DNA of 56,304 nt from a virus (IMGVR_UViG_3300044815_000143:1-56304), one strand, 5' to 3'; shown: positions 19,689 through 28,690, counted from the stretch's first letter. The notes: a model not told the origin generated them from the letters alone. Program-made: numbers and translations.

Positions 19689-20068
19689 GACGATCTGAAA
19701 TACTTCGGGGTCAGCACCAGAGGAACACGCAGGGGCAAAGGCTCCCATTGCGAGTTGCGAATGGCTTCATTGGACATAGCCGGGCGGGCGCCCGCTTCAC
19801 GGTCGATGGACCACGTCAGATGGTAAGTCTGACCATCGGGGCGGATCAGGCTATTGCCGATCTCGACCACGAAACACTCCACACCCATCGCCGGGTCTTT
19901 GACGTACCCGTACAGGTAACCCTTGGTCTCAACCGGAAGAGGGTAGGTTTCCCGGACACCGAACACTTGCGTGATGTGGTGGGCGATCACGTCAGGAAAT
20001 TGCGGGCGGAAGATTTTCAAAATCTCCGCAATTTCCTCCTGATCAACTTCCCAACCTACGTAACCCAC
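19685..20068 (-). CDS. 2H phosphoesterase family protein
   Basis: Two HxT motifs (HHITQ, YHLTW); GGAGG RBS before GTG 20068. Confidence 0.7.
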   Translation of the reverse strand: MGYVGWEVDQEEIAEILKIFRPQFPDVIAHHITQVFGVRETYPLPVETKGYLYGYVKDPAMGVECFVVEIGNSLIRPDGQTYHLTWSIDREAGARPAMSNEAIRNSQWEPLPLRVPLVLTPKYFRSS

Positions 20069-20156
20069 AAAGTGCCCTCCAGTGAAAGTGAAGGTCTCAA
20101 TATATACTGAGATACCACTGTTGTCCACAAGAAAATAATTAACAAAGAGTAAACAA

Positions 20157-20687
20157 TTACTTGGCGAGATGTCGCAGGAGAGGCGTTGGGTCTTGCAACC
20201 ATTGCGGTTGAGGCTGGCCCGGCTCCCAAGTGGCGCACTCTTGCACACCATCTTCATAGAATTCTAGGTGAAGCATTGACATCGGCCGCCCCTTGTTTTT
20301 CTTCAGGACGGTCTCGACATGGCCGATCATCTGGCCAGCCTTGATTCGCTCATGCAGAGCGAAATGCAACGGGATGATCTCGCCGTAAACGACCACGCCG
20401 GACGCTCCCCGGACCATCAAAGCCTTTGTGTCGTTCCACCATGGGCTGTCAGCCGCCGGGCCTGTGAACGGGAAAGAACTGAGCTTGTAGCAGTCCTCGA
20501 CCGCATAAACGGGCGTTCCCTGCGGCGCATAGAGGTCTACGCCCTCATGGGTGTGGTTTCGGCGCTCGTAGCCGAAGCTCCCGACGTGAGGATGCAACGG
20601 TAGGCCGGTGAAGCCCTCCGGCATGGCCTCGAACGATTGGGAGTCGGCGGTGGCGATCAGGTCAAACGGTACAGGATTGACCCACAT
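20157..20687 (-). CDS. M23-family peptidase-like protein
   Basis: HEGVDLYAPQGTPVYAVED; IKAGQMIG; MLHLEF (HxH altered to HxE). Confidence 0.7.
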   Translation of the reverse strand: MWVNPVPFDLIATADSQSFEAMPEGFTGLPLHPHVGSFGYERRNHTHEGVDLYAPQGTPVYAVEDCYKLSSFPFTGPAADSPWWNDTKALMVRGASGVVVYGEIIPLHFALHERIKAGQMIGHVETVLKKNKGRPMSMLHLEFYEDGVQECATWEPGQPQPQWLQDPTPLLRHLAK

Positions 20688-21218
20688 TTACGCTAGCGCC
20701 GCATCCAGATCAGCTTGCGTCTGGACGTAGACCACCGGCTTGAAAGCTGTGGCGTGCGTCTCGATGATCGAGGCGATGATCGGCCAGCGGCCTTGGGCCA
20801 GTCCGGCGCCGATCAGGGGGAGCGACACGCGCGGCTTGCCGATGGGGCGTTGCATCCCCGCAAGAATTCCAGCGTAGGAGAAGATTTGGTAATTGATATC
20901 GGCCATGGCCACGGCCATGCCGTCGTAGGTCACGTAGCGAGTGTCCGGCGCGCGGCCGTAGAATTCCTGCGTGATCGCGTTGAACAGGATCAGTTCCTGT
21001 TCTGGGGCCGCCGGGTGTGGAGTAATGACCGTCACCACTTGACCGGTCAACAGACCTTCGGTCTCGTACACCTTGCGGTAGCTTTTGAAGATGTTCTCGT
21101 CGTGGTCGCGCCAGAGCTTGGCAACGCCTGAGCCCATGGCCCCTTGGGCGTTGCAGCCTTGGATGGAGAACTCTTCCGGCGCCTTCATCAGGTCGCCGAT
21201 GATATACTCAATGTTCAC
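20688..21218 (-). CDS. Macrodomain protein (TARG1/DarG-like class)
   Basis: GDL...QGCNAQGAMGSGVAK; PLIGAGLAQGRW. Confidence 0.85.
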   Translation of the reverse strand: MNIEYIIGDLMKAPEEFSIQGCNAQGAMGSGVAKLWRDHDENIFKSYRKVYETEGLLTGQVVTVITPHPAAPEQELILFNAITQEFYGRAPDTRYVTYDGMAVAMADINYQIFSYAGILAGMQRPIGKPRVSLPLIGAGLAQGRWPIIASIIETHATAFKPVVYVQTQADLDAALA

Positions 21219-21220
21219 GC

Positions 21221-23446
21221 TTATTTCTCCAGCAACTTCAGGACGGAGTCCAGCGGGGTGCTGGCGCGCGAGAAATCGACGGTCGGACCATCGGGGTTGT
21301 AATTGGCTTTCGCGAACAGGGTGATCACGTCATGCGCGGTCACCTTACGGTCGGGCAGGCGGACCATGGCCTTGGTCAGGGTCATGAATTTGTTCGTCTG
21401 ATCGGCGACCGCGCCATAGCGGCTGTTGGCTCCGGCGATGTCGATGTAGATCATCTCGCAGGTTTCCAGATCGAACAGCAGCGGGATGTTCGAGGTCGTC
21501 GGCGTGGTCACGGTCATCTTTACCGCGACGGATTCCGGTTCGAACAGTTCGCCAGATCGCAGCGCGTCGCGTTCCATATAACCCGCGAAGCACTTGAAAT
21601 TGTTGAACGGGATACCCGTGTACGAGATCACCGACATGGCGACGTAGCGGATGCCACGCTTCTTGAACCGAGCGATGTCGAAATCGATGTACTCGGACGC
21701 ACCATCGGGGGCGCTTTGGATGTCGCCCGAGTGGACGGCGCCGGTGGCGGCCAGATTGTGGTACGAGATTTGTTCAATCTGGTTGAAATTCTCGTCATAG
21801 GCGAGCAGAGACAGGTCCACGTCGGAAGAGTTCTTCCAGTAGATGAACATGCGGATCGTCGAGGCATCGACGACCGGATAGCGCGAACCTCGGGTCAACG
21901 CCACGTTCGTCGAAGAAGCCGAGCGGGCGCCGAACGGAATCATCACACCCTTCAGGTCGTCGTTGACCACTCCGTTGAACAGGGTGGTGGACGAAAACCG
22001 ATTGATGATCTCGCTTTCGAACGCGGTGACGAGTTCGGACGTGACTTCCGGCGCGATTTTCTTGCGCTTGTCCGGGACGATCTGGACCTTGGACACCGAC
22101 CCCTTCGGGAAGAACATGCGATCTTCATGGGTGTTCGCCGACCGGTGAATGAAATACTTGCGCATTTCGAACAGCGTCGTGGTCTTCAGGTTGGGAAGGA
22201 TGACATTGACGGCGTTCAGCACTTCGCGCGTCGTCGGGACAGATTCGTCGGCGAGATCGGCGTTGTGCAGCGCGGCGAAGATCGCGTCTCGCGCCACGGC
22301 CGATTTCTTCTTGGTCGTGGCGGCGATGCGCAGAAGATTGTCCAGACGACGCATGAACTCGCCCGGACGCGTGGACAGCGTGGCCAGCAGCACGGGGTCG
22401 ATGGTCTTGGATCGAATGCCCTTCTCGACGATCTTGCCGAACGTCTGGATCGATTTCGGATCGGCGCGCAGGGTGTCGAACGCAGCCGACATCTTCGGGT
22501 ACTTGCGCTTATTTTCCTGCGACATTGTGGCCAGAAGTTCGGCCACGCGCAGCCAGCGCTCGCGGTGACGCATCAGGTCTTCGAGGAAGTTGTCGTTGGA
22601 GGCCGACGCTTCGAGCAAACGCAGAACCTGCTTCTTCTGCGAGGTGGTCAGCTTGAATTTGACCTTGTCCTTCAGGGACAGGTCGCCATCTTCCTGCGAC
22701 AGGAAGGTCGCGATGCGCAGAACGTCGGTAGCGCCCGACAGCATCGAAGCCGTATAGGACGTGTCGTTGAAGTAGACGTGAACGAAGGGCAGGTTCTCGC
22801 GATACACAGCCTTGGGCCGTTCAACCGGGAGACGCAAGTACTTGAAAGCGTTCAGGAATACTTTCTCGTCGGGTTTCAGCGACGACTGGCGAGCCAGCAT
22901 ACCGCTGATCTGGCCGGTAACGGTCTCGGCCGTCGCCAGATTCAGAATCTTCAGAGGCGTGATGCTGGCGAAATCGTGCAGGGGCGGCGAGGTCACGCCT
23001 TGCAGTTCGGGAACCTGACGCTGGCAGATTGGGCAGGCGCCGAACTCGGTCAGGTCGAACTGGTTGTGGTCGATGACATGGCCGCACGACAGAACGGCAT
23101 AGTTGTTCGGCTTCAGGCCGAACGCATTGTTCATGTGGCCGGTGACGCGGTTCATCAGATAGGTGTGCTGATCCGGCGTGCTGTACGGGAATTTCTTGAA
23201 CAGAACGTTGTTCGTGTTCGCGTCGGCGCCGCTGACATCGGCCAGCGTTTCGCTCAGGCGGGTGGCGATCACCGAGAACGTGGCTTGAGGCGTGATCGCG
23301 AGCGCGCGAATCAGATCGCCGGACAGCGTGTAGCCGAGCGTCGAGATGTAAAGGTTGAGGGCGACGACGCGTGCGTCGTTACGGTCGCCGACATGGTCAG
23401 GAGCGGGAACGTACACTTCCGAGAAGAGTTGGATTTGCTCGCGCAT
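21221..23446 (-). CDS. Prokaryotic RING finger + TROVE-like repeats + C-terminal TerD-domain protein
   Basis: LSCGH...CPIC RING motif; TDVLR, RPGEFMRRLD helical repeats; DVDLS...HSGDIQSAPDGASEYIDFD TerD motif. Confidence 0.8.
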   Translation of the reverse strand: MREQIQLFSEVYVPAPDHVGDRNDARVVALNLYISTLGYTLSGDLIRALAITPQATFSVIATRLSETLADVSGADANTNNVLFKKFPYSTPDQHTYLMNRVTGHMNNAFGLKPNNYAVLSCGHVIDHNQFDLTEFGACPICQRQVPELQGVTSPPLHDFASITPLKILNLATAETVTGQISGMLARQSSLKPDEKVFLNAFKYLRLPVERPKAVYRENLPFVHVYFNDTSYTASMLSGATDVLRIATFLSQEDGDLSLKDKVKFKLTTSQKKQVLRLLEASASNDNFLEDLMRHRERWLRVAELLATMSQENKRKYPKMSAAFDTLRADPKSIQTFGKIVEKGIRSKTIDPVLLATLSTRPGEFMRRLDNLLRIAATTKKKSAVARDAIFAALHNADLADESVPTTREVLNAVNVILPNLKTTTLFEMRKYFIHRSANTHEDRMFFPKGSVSKVQIVPDKRKKIAPEVTSELVTAFESEIINRFSSTTLFNGVVNDDLKGVMIPFGARSASSTNVALTRGSRYPVVDASTIRMFIYWKNSSDVDLSLLAYDENFNQIEQISYHNLAATGAVHSGDIQSAPDGASEYIDFDIARFKKRGIRYVAMSVISYTGIPFNNFKCFAGYMERDALRSGELFEPESVAVKMTVTTPTTSNIPLLFDLETCEMIYIDIAGANSRYGAVADQTNKFMTLTKAMVRLPDRKVTAHDVITLFAKANYNPDGPTVDFSRASTPLDSVLKLLEK

Positions 23447-23469
23447 GGTGTCCCCGAAGAATATGAGAA

Positions 23470-23552
23470 TGTGAGGCGGGGGACTAATCCGGCAGCTATT
23501 TTTGCCAAATCAAATTTTTAGAAGGAAGCACACCGATGCGTCCCCCGCTTAA
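23470..23552 (-). ncRNA. Structured RNA copy 1 (Y-RNA-like hairpin)
   Basis: Closing stem GCGGGGGAC/GUCCCCCGC, inner stem, conserved loop CUUCCUUCUAA...AAAAUAGC; own TTGCAC-N16-GCTAAT promoter. Confidence 0.7.
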
Positions 23553-23654
23553 TTTCACATTAGCACCTTACTGATAAACGGTGCAACTCTTCTTTTTCGT
23601 AATCCAAATTTCGTTTGGATCGGACCTCATCGTCGGGACGGAGGGCCTTAAATT

Positions 23655-23738
23655 TGTGAGGCAGGGAACAAATCACGCAGCTATTTTCAAGGTTGCAGAT
23701 TGATTAGAAGGAAGCGCACGTATGCGTCCCCTGCTTAA
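23655..23738 (-). ncRNA. Structured RNA copy 2 (Y-RNA-like hairpin)
   Basis: Same architecture with compensatory substitutions relative to copy 1; own TTGACA promoter. Confidence 0.7.
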
Positions 23739-23740
23739 AT

Positions 23741-23772
23741 TCATATAACCACACGAGGTGACCTCGTGTCAA
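23741..23772 (-). promoter_or_regulatory. Promoter with a perfect 9-bp palindrome (candidate operator) across the -35 and spacer
   Basis: Minus strand TTGACA...GTTATATG; ACACGAGGT-G-ACCTCGTGT at 23751-23769. Confidence 0.6.
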
Positions 23773-23782
23773 CATATTTAGT

Positions 23783-24085
23783 TTACCAATATGTCATTTC
23801 CCGCATGCGCCGGACAATGGTCCACTCGACCCCCGTCCGGCGGGCTGCGAAGAACCCGAAACGATCATCGCCGAGCATTTCAAGAACTTCGGGCGCGGCG
23901 GTCTGATACTTCAAGCCTTGGCGGCGTTCCAGACACACCATGATCTCGTCGCCTTCGCCGGTCCGTTGAACCCGCACGACCATCAAGGACTTTTCGTAAG
24001 CGGAACGCTCAGCTTCGCGGGCCTTGAATTCGGGCGACTGTTTCCACTCGACCTTCCCGGCTCTCTTCACACTAGCTGTAGCCAT
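23783..24085 (-). CDS. Hypothetical protein
   Basis: ORF track, 100 aa. Confidence 0.65.
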   Translation of the reverse strand: MATASVKRAGKVEWKQSPEFKAREAERSAYEKSLMVVRVQRTGEGDEIMVCLERRQGLKYQTAAPEVLEMLGDDRFGFFAARRTGVEWTIVRRMREMTYW

Positions 24086-24145
24086 TGTCGCCCACCCGGA
24101 TTACAGAACCTTAATCGTCGAAGGTAACCGCTACCGTAGCAAAGG

Positions 24146-24418
24146 TCAATCTTCCTTGTCGCCCAAGCTCTGGAAAACATTGAACAGATTGGTATGCGCT
24201 TGATGTACGAGCCTGAAGGCTTCGGGATCAAGAACAAGCGTGGGGTCATCAAGCAGGGCGCGCTCGACCGTCTCCATGGTCAGATAAGCGACATGTGAGG
24301 TCGTGCCGTACTGACTTGGAGTTTGATGCCGGGCCGGACTGAAATCTGGAGCCTCTGCAAAACGCGCCAAACGTTCGAGACGGTCGGTTTCGATGTCTTC
24401 ATTCGTGTACTCGATCAC
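24146..24418 (-). CDS. Hypothetical protein
   Basis: GTGA overlap with the NADAR stop. Confidence 0.6.
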   Translation of the reverse strand: MIEYTNEDIETDRLERLARFAEAPDFSPARHQTPSQYGTTSHVAYLTMETVERALLDDPTLVLDPEAFRLVHQAHTNLFNVFQSLGDKED

Positions 24419-24897
24419 AGTAGGCCAAGCTCCAGTAATTGCGCGAGGGCGCGTAGACGATACATCTGATGGATATACTCCCACTCCGTCAAGGTCGTAT
24501 CGGTCGGATCATGCTTGCCCATGACATGGGTCAGGACCATAACGCCAGAATCGATGAGTGCGGTTCGGAAGGCTTCATTCTCGGCGAAGCACTGGTCGTA
24601 GGCTCTCTCAAGCAAATGGTGGTACTGTTTGGAGAATCGAGGGTAGGCGACACCACACCACCATAGGGTTTGTGTTTCCTTCCATCCATTTCCTAGTTGT
24701 CCGATCTTGAAGGCTTCGTAGCCATGAAGACCGGCGACCAGTTCCTGTTCTTCGGAACCCTCGTGTTTGATTGATTGAAGGAACCCTTCGATTGACCCAC
24801 ACTGGACGTTGTCGAGCGTGAAAGCGTAGGGCATGAGGTTGGAAAGTGCCTTTCCAAGCCCACCATTGCGAAATCCGAGATCGAGAAATGCTGACAT
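24415..24897 (-). CDS. NADAR family protein (T4 gp30.3-like)
   Basis: ALSNLMPYAFTLD...SIEGFLQSIK...QTLWWCG...FRTALIDS...LTH.MGK...TTLTE. Confidence 0.8.
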   Translation of the reverse strand: MSAFLDLGFRNGGLGKALSNLMPYAFTLDNVQCGSIEGFLQSIKHEGSEEQELVAGLHGYEAFKIGQLGNGWKETQTLWWCGVAYPRFSKQYHHLLERAYDQCFAENEAFRTALIDSGVMVLTHVMGKHDPTDTTLTEWEYIHQMYRLRALAQLLELGLL

Positions 24898-25095
24898 TTT
24901 CTTAGTATGCCACAAAAGCCGAATTACCTGCAATATAAGCGATTTGAGAGGCGTTTGGATGGTTGGAAAGTGGATGTTTCCCTAGGTCGTCATCAGTGTT
25001 TCGAAGATTTTTATTGAATAGTCGTTGACACAAAGAAAAGAGACAGGTATTTCTAGCGGCATCCTGAAGCTGCCACCCCAACGGAGACCCACACC

Positions 25096-25740
25096 ATGCA
25101 GCAAGAACAAGCGAATGTCGGCGCACACAACGAAGCGGTGACCGAAGTCCTCAACATCCTCGTGAAGCACAACCTCGTCACCGGTGGCGCCGTCGCCGCT
25201 GTCGGCCGCATCAGCGACGCTCTGGCCAGCGAATTCGGCCTGACCCCGTCCGTTCCCGCCACGGCCGCCGAAACCGGCCCGTCGCGCGAGCCGGTCATCT
25301 CGCCGCGCAAGTCGATCCATCCCGAGTACCTGATCTGCCTGTTCGACGGCCAGCAACTGAAGATGCTGAAGCGCTACCTGCGCACCCACTACAACATGAC
25401 CCCGGACCAGTACCGCGCGCACTTCAACCTGCCGAAGGACTACCCGATGGTCGCCCCGGCCTACTCGGAACGTCGTTCGCAACTGGCCATCGCCACCGGC
25501 CTCGGCGTGAAGCCCGGCTCGCGCGGCGTTCGCGGCAAGGCCACCGGCGCCCCGGCCATCCAAGCTCCGGCCCCGGCTCCCACGGCCGCCGCCAAGCCGA
25601 AGGTGACCCACGCCCACAAGGCTCCGGCCAAGCCGAAGTCGGCGCCGAAGGCCCCGCCCGTCGCCGCCAAGGACGCGGTGCAGTCGGAAGCGGCCCAAGC
25701 CGCCACCGATCTGGCCAAGTCGCCGGAACCCGTCGCCTAA
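25096..25740 (+). CDS. mucR: MucR/Ros family regulator with Ala/Lys/Pro-rich tail
   Basis: SIHPEYLICLFDGQQLKMLKRYLRTHYNMTPDQYR...LPKDYPMVAPAYSERRSQLA...GLG. Confidence 0.9.
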   Translation: MQQEQANVGAHNEAVTEVLNILVKHNLVTGGAVAAVGRISDALASEFGLTPSVPATAAETGPSREPVISPRKSIHPEYLICLFDGQQLKMLKRYLRTHYNMTPDQYRAHFNLPKDYPMVAPAYSERRSQLAIATGLGVKPGSRGVRGKATGAPAIQAPAPAPTAAAKPKVTHAHKAPAKPKSAPKAPPVAAKDAVQSEAAQAATDLAKSPEPVA

Positions 25741-25772
25741 ACCCAGAGCCCAACAATCTGGGTTTGAACGAG

Positions 25773-25803
25773 AGCCACTGGGGAAACCCAGTGGCTTTTT
25801 TTC
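25773..25803 (+). terminator. Intrinsic terminator
   Basis: AGCCACTGGG-GAAA-CCCAGTGGCT followed by a T-run. Confidence 0.85.
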
Positions 25804-25970
25804 GTGTACGAAATTGGTATTTCTTGACTTCGGGCTCGACTTAAGGCTAAATAGAATTATACGCAGAGGGCTGATCCTCTCGTAACATTACATGGCGGAA
25901 ACTCACCATGGTCGAACGACCCCCGAAGGGGCGGCTCACTGCGCCGCTCATCAATCCCGAACCGGAGGTC

Positions 25971-27125
25971 ATGTTTGACCTAGCCGTATTCATCGGCCGC
26001 TTCCAGCCCTTCCACTTCGGACACCTCCACGTCATCCTGATCGCCCTGTTGCGCGCGAAATTCGTGCTGATCAACGTCGGCTCTCTCGATCTGGCCCGTC
26101 GCCCGGACCACAATCCCCTAACCGCCAGCGAACGCGAATCCATGATCCGGGCCTGTCTGACCCCGGAACAGAACGCCCGCGTCGTCTTCCGTTACTGCCG
26201 CGACTACGGCAACATGCCGTTGTGGACGGCCGCTATCCGCCGCAACGTCAAGGAAGTCGTCGAGGCCAAGGGCTTCGATGATCCCAACGTCACCCTGATC
26301 GGTCACTCCAAGGATCGCAGCAGCTTCTACCTTCGGGCGTTCCCCGAGTGGGACAGCATCGACGTTGAGCCGATGCCCATCGACGGCTGCGGCAACCACA
26401 CCCTGTCGGCCACGCCGATGCGCCGGGCCTATTTCGCCGAAGATGGCGTTTTGGTCGATCACTGGCTGAACCACGAATTCCCGAAATTCATGCCGCAAGG
26501 CGCCATCGACTGGCTGAAGGAATTCAAGACCACCGACGACTATAAGGACATGGTCGAAGAATGGGCCTTCCATCGCAAGTACGACACGCTGTACGACAGC
26601 GAAGCGCGGCGGCGTGGATGGTGGCAGTTCTTCGTGACCGTGGACAACATCGTCGTCTGTAACGGTCACGTCCTGCTGATTCAGCGCAAGAACCGGCCCG
26701 GCCGTAATCTCTGGGCGTTCCCCGGCGGTTTCCTCGAACTCGACGAGTATATCGAACAAGGGAGCCTGCGGGAGCTTCACGAGGAAACCCGCATCCGCGT
26801 TCCGGAAAGCGTTCTCAAGGGCTCCATCGTCACCACCAAGGTGTTCGACAACCCGCACCGTTCGATGCGCGGCCGGACGATCACCCACGCAACTCTGTAC
26901 CACATCGTCCCGAAGGCTCCGAAGCGCCATCCCAAGGAAAGCGCGGCCGACTACAAAGTGCGCCTGAACGAGGCCCTGAAGCGCCCGGAAGTCCGGGCCG
27001 CCGACGATGCCAAGCAAGCCATCTGGATTCCCATCGACGAATTCCTGCAAATGCAGGCCGTCATGTTCGAAGACCATTTCTCCATGGGCGAAGCAATGCT
27101 GGCCCTCCTACCGAAGGAAGACTGA
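25971..27125 (+). CDS. nadM: Bifunctional NMN/NaMN adenylyltransferase - ADP-ribose pyrophosphatase (NadM-Nudix)
   Basis: FIGRFQPFHFGH, LSATPMR, Nudix box PGGF...RELHEET, ADDA; GGAGG RBS. Confidence 0.9.
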   Translation: MFDLAVFIGRFQPFHFGHLHVILIALLRAKFVLINVGSLDLARRPDHNPLTASERESMIRACLTPEQNARVVFRYCRDYGNMPLWTAAIRRNVKEVVEAKGFDDPNVTLIGHSKDRSSFYLRAFPEWDSIDVEPMPIDGCGNHTLSATPMRRAYFAEDGVLVDHWLNHEFPKFMPQGAIDWLKEFKTTDDYKDMVEEWAFHRKYDTLYDSEARRRGWWQFFVTVDNIVVCNGHVLLIQRKNRPGRNLWAFPGGFLELDEYIEQGSLRELHEETRIRVPESVLKGSIVTTKVFDNPHRSMRGRTITHATLYHIVPKAPKRHPKESAADYKVRLNEALKRPEVRAADDAKQAIWIPIDEFLQMQAVMFEDHFSMGEAMLALLPKED

Positions 27126-27128
27126 TCC

Positions 27129-28487
27129 ATGGATTTCGCCAAGCGCGCTCATGACCACAACTTCCGCATGGACCCCATCGTGCGGAACCTGACCGACACC
27201 GACTTCTATAAGCCTCTGATGCAGCAGTTCCTGTGGCGGCGGTTTCCGGGCGTGAACTCCGTCTGGAAACAGAAGAACCGCACCACCGACGTTCCGCTGG
27301 CCGAGCAGGTCACCATCGAAGAACTGCGCGAGCAATTCGACCATGCCCGGACGCTCAAGCACACCAAGTCGGAACTGATCAACTACGCCGGTCAGACGTT
27401 CTCCGGCGTGACGGGCATCTTTCGGTCGGGTTACATCGACTTCCTTCGCACCTATCAACTACCAGAGTACAGCATCGAGCACGAACGGGCCTACAACGGC
27501 TCGGTCGGCTACAACACCGGGCAGTACGACATCCAGTATGCGGGCAAGCTGTGTGAAAGCACGGGCTGGGAAATTCCGAGCCTGACAATCACCAATGAAT
27601 TGCGCAACCGCCATCTCCTGCGCCAGCACACCAAGTCCGAACTCGACATCATGTACGCTCGGGCCAAGGTGAAGCTGTACGACAAGCTTCTGGCCCTGAC
27701 GGCGCCGGAACTCGAAGGCATCAGCGTCACCGAGTTCGGCACGCGTCGGCGGCACTCGTTCCTCTGGCAGGAATGGGTCGTCCAGACCATGGCCGAAGTG
27801 CTCGGAGTACGGTTCGGCGGCACGTCCAACGTCTATCTCGCCATGCAACATGGTCTGGAAGCGCGGGGCACGAACGCCCACGAACTGCCGATGGCCTACG
27901 CCGCGATGGCCGATGGTGACGAGGCCCTGAAGAACTCGCCGTACATGCTCGCCCGAGACTGGCAGGCCGATCATCCGGAAGCCCTGCGCATCATGCTGCC
28001 GGACACCTACGGGTCCACGAGCTACTTCGAAAACTCGCCTAGCTGGCTGTCGGACTGGGCGGGTTTCCGTCCTGACTCCAAGAAACCGATTCCGGCTATC
28101 GAGGAAGGCATTGCCTACTGGAAGCTTCACTCGCAGCCCGTGGCGGAAAAGCTGGTCATTCCCAATGACGGCCTCGACGTTCACTTGCCGCACCAAAAGG
28201 CGCACGGCGAGGACATCCCCACGATCTACCTGAAATTCAAGGGGCAAGTCCGACAATCGTTCGGCTGGGGAACGCTGGCCACCAACGACTTCCACGGCTG
28301 CTCGCCGAAGGGATACGACTTCATGAAGCCGATCAGCATCGTCTGCAAGCTGCAATCGGTCGATGGCAAGCCGTGCGTCAAGCTGTCGGACAACTACGAC
28401 AAGGCCATCGGCCCGCCGGAAGAGATCGCGCGCTACCACCGCGTGTTCGGAACCAAGGGCATGGTCGGCGCACCGGTGTTCGTCTGA
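27129..28487 (+). CDS. pncB: Nicotinate phosphoribosyltransferase
   Basis: DTDFYK, EFGTRRRHS, GTNAHE, PDTYG, RPDS, DGLDV, GWGT, VKLSDN. Confidence 0.92.
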   Translation: MDFAKRAHDHNFRMDPIVRNLTDTDFYKPLMQQFLWRRFPGVNSVWKQKNRTTDVPLAEQVTIEELREQFDHARTLKHTKSELINYAGQTFSGVTGIFRSGYIDFLRTYQLPEYSIEHERAYNGSVGYNTGQYDIQYAGKLCESTGWEIPSLTITNELRNRHLLRQHTKSELDIMYARAKVKLYDKLLALTAPELEGISVTEFGTRRRHSFLWQEWVVQTMAEVLGVRFGGTSNVYLAMQHGLEARGTNAHELPMAYAAMADGDEALKNSPYMLARDWQADHPEALRIMLPDTYGSTSYFENSPSWLSDWAGFRPDSKKPIPAIEEGIAYWKLHSQPVAEKLVIPNDGLDVHLPHQKAHGEDIPTIYLKFKGQVRQSFGWGTLATNDFHGCSPKGYDFMKPISIVCKLQSVDGKPCVKLSDNYDKAIGPPEEIARYHRVFGTKGMVGAPVFV

Positions 28488-28690
28488 TGCCCGCCAAACC
28501 CTCCATGCGGTTCGATTATGACCAGTCCGCATTGGTCGAACTGGTGATCGCCGATCTGAGGGCCAAGGGTTACGACCCCGAGCCCAATGAAATCAAGGTC
28601 AAGATTACCGACAGCAAGCAATACTACAGCCCGCTCGACGCGGGTGAGTCCGCTCGGATCGAGATCAGTTTCTCGACTCGTACCAGCTAA
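28487..28690 (+). CDS. Small hypothetical protein
   Basis: TGATG coupling to pncB. Confidence 0.6.
   Translation: MPAKPSMRFDYDQSALVELVIADLRAKGYDPEPNEIKVKITDSKQYYSPLDAGESARIEISFSTRTS

Noticed and set aside
23595-23650. Hairpins between the RNA copies with GAUGAG...CGAAA, hammerhead-like
   Set aside because: Core reads ACGAUGA rather than CUGAUGA and stem II does not form properly
23470-23745. Two-copy repeat as a CRISPR array
   Set aside because: Only two diverged copies of about 85 nt with internal covariation; no repeat-spacer periodicity and no cas genes
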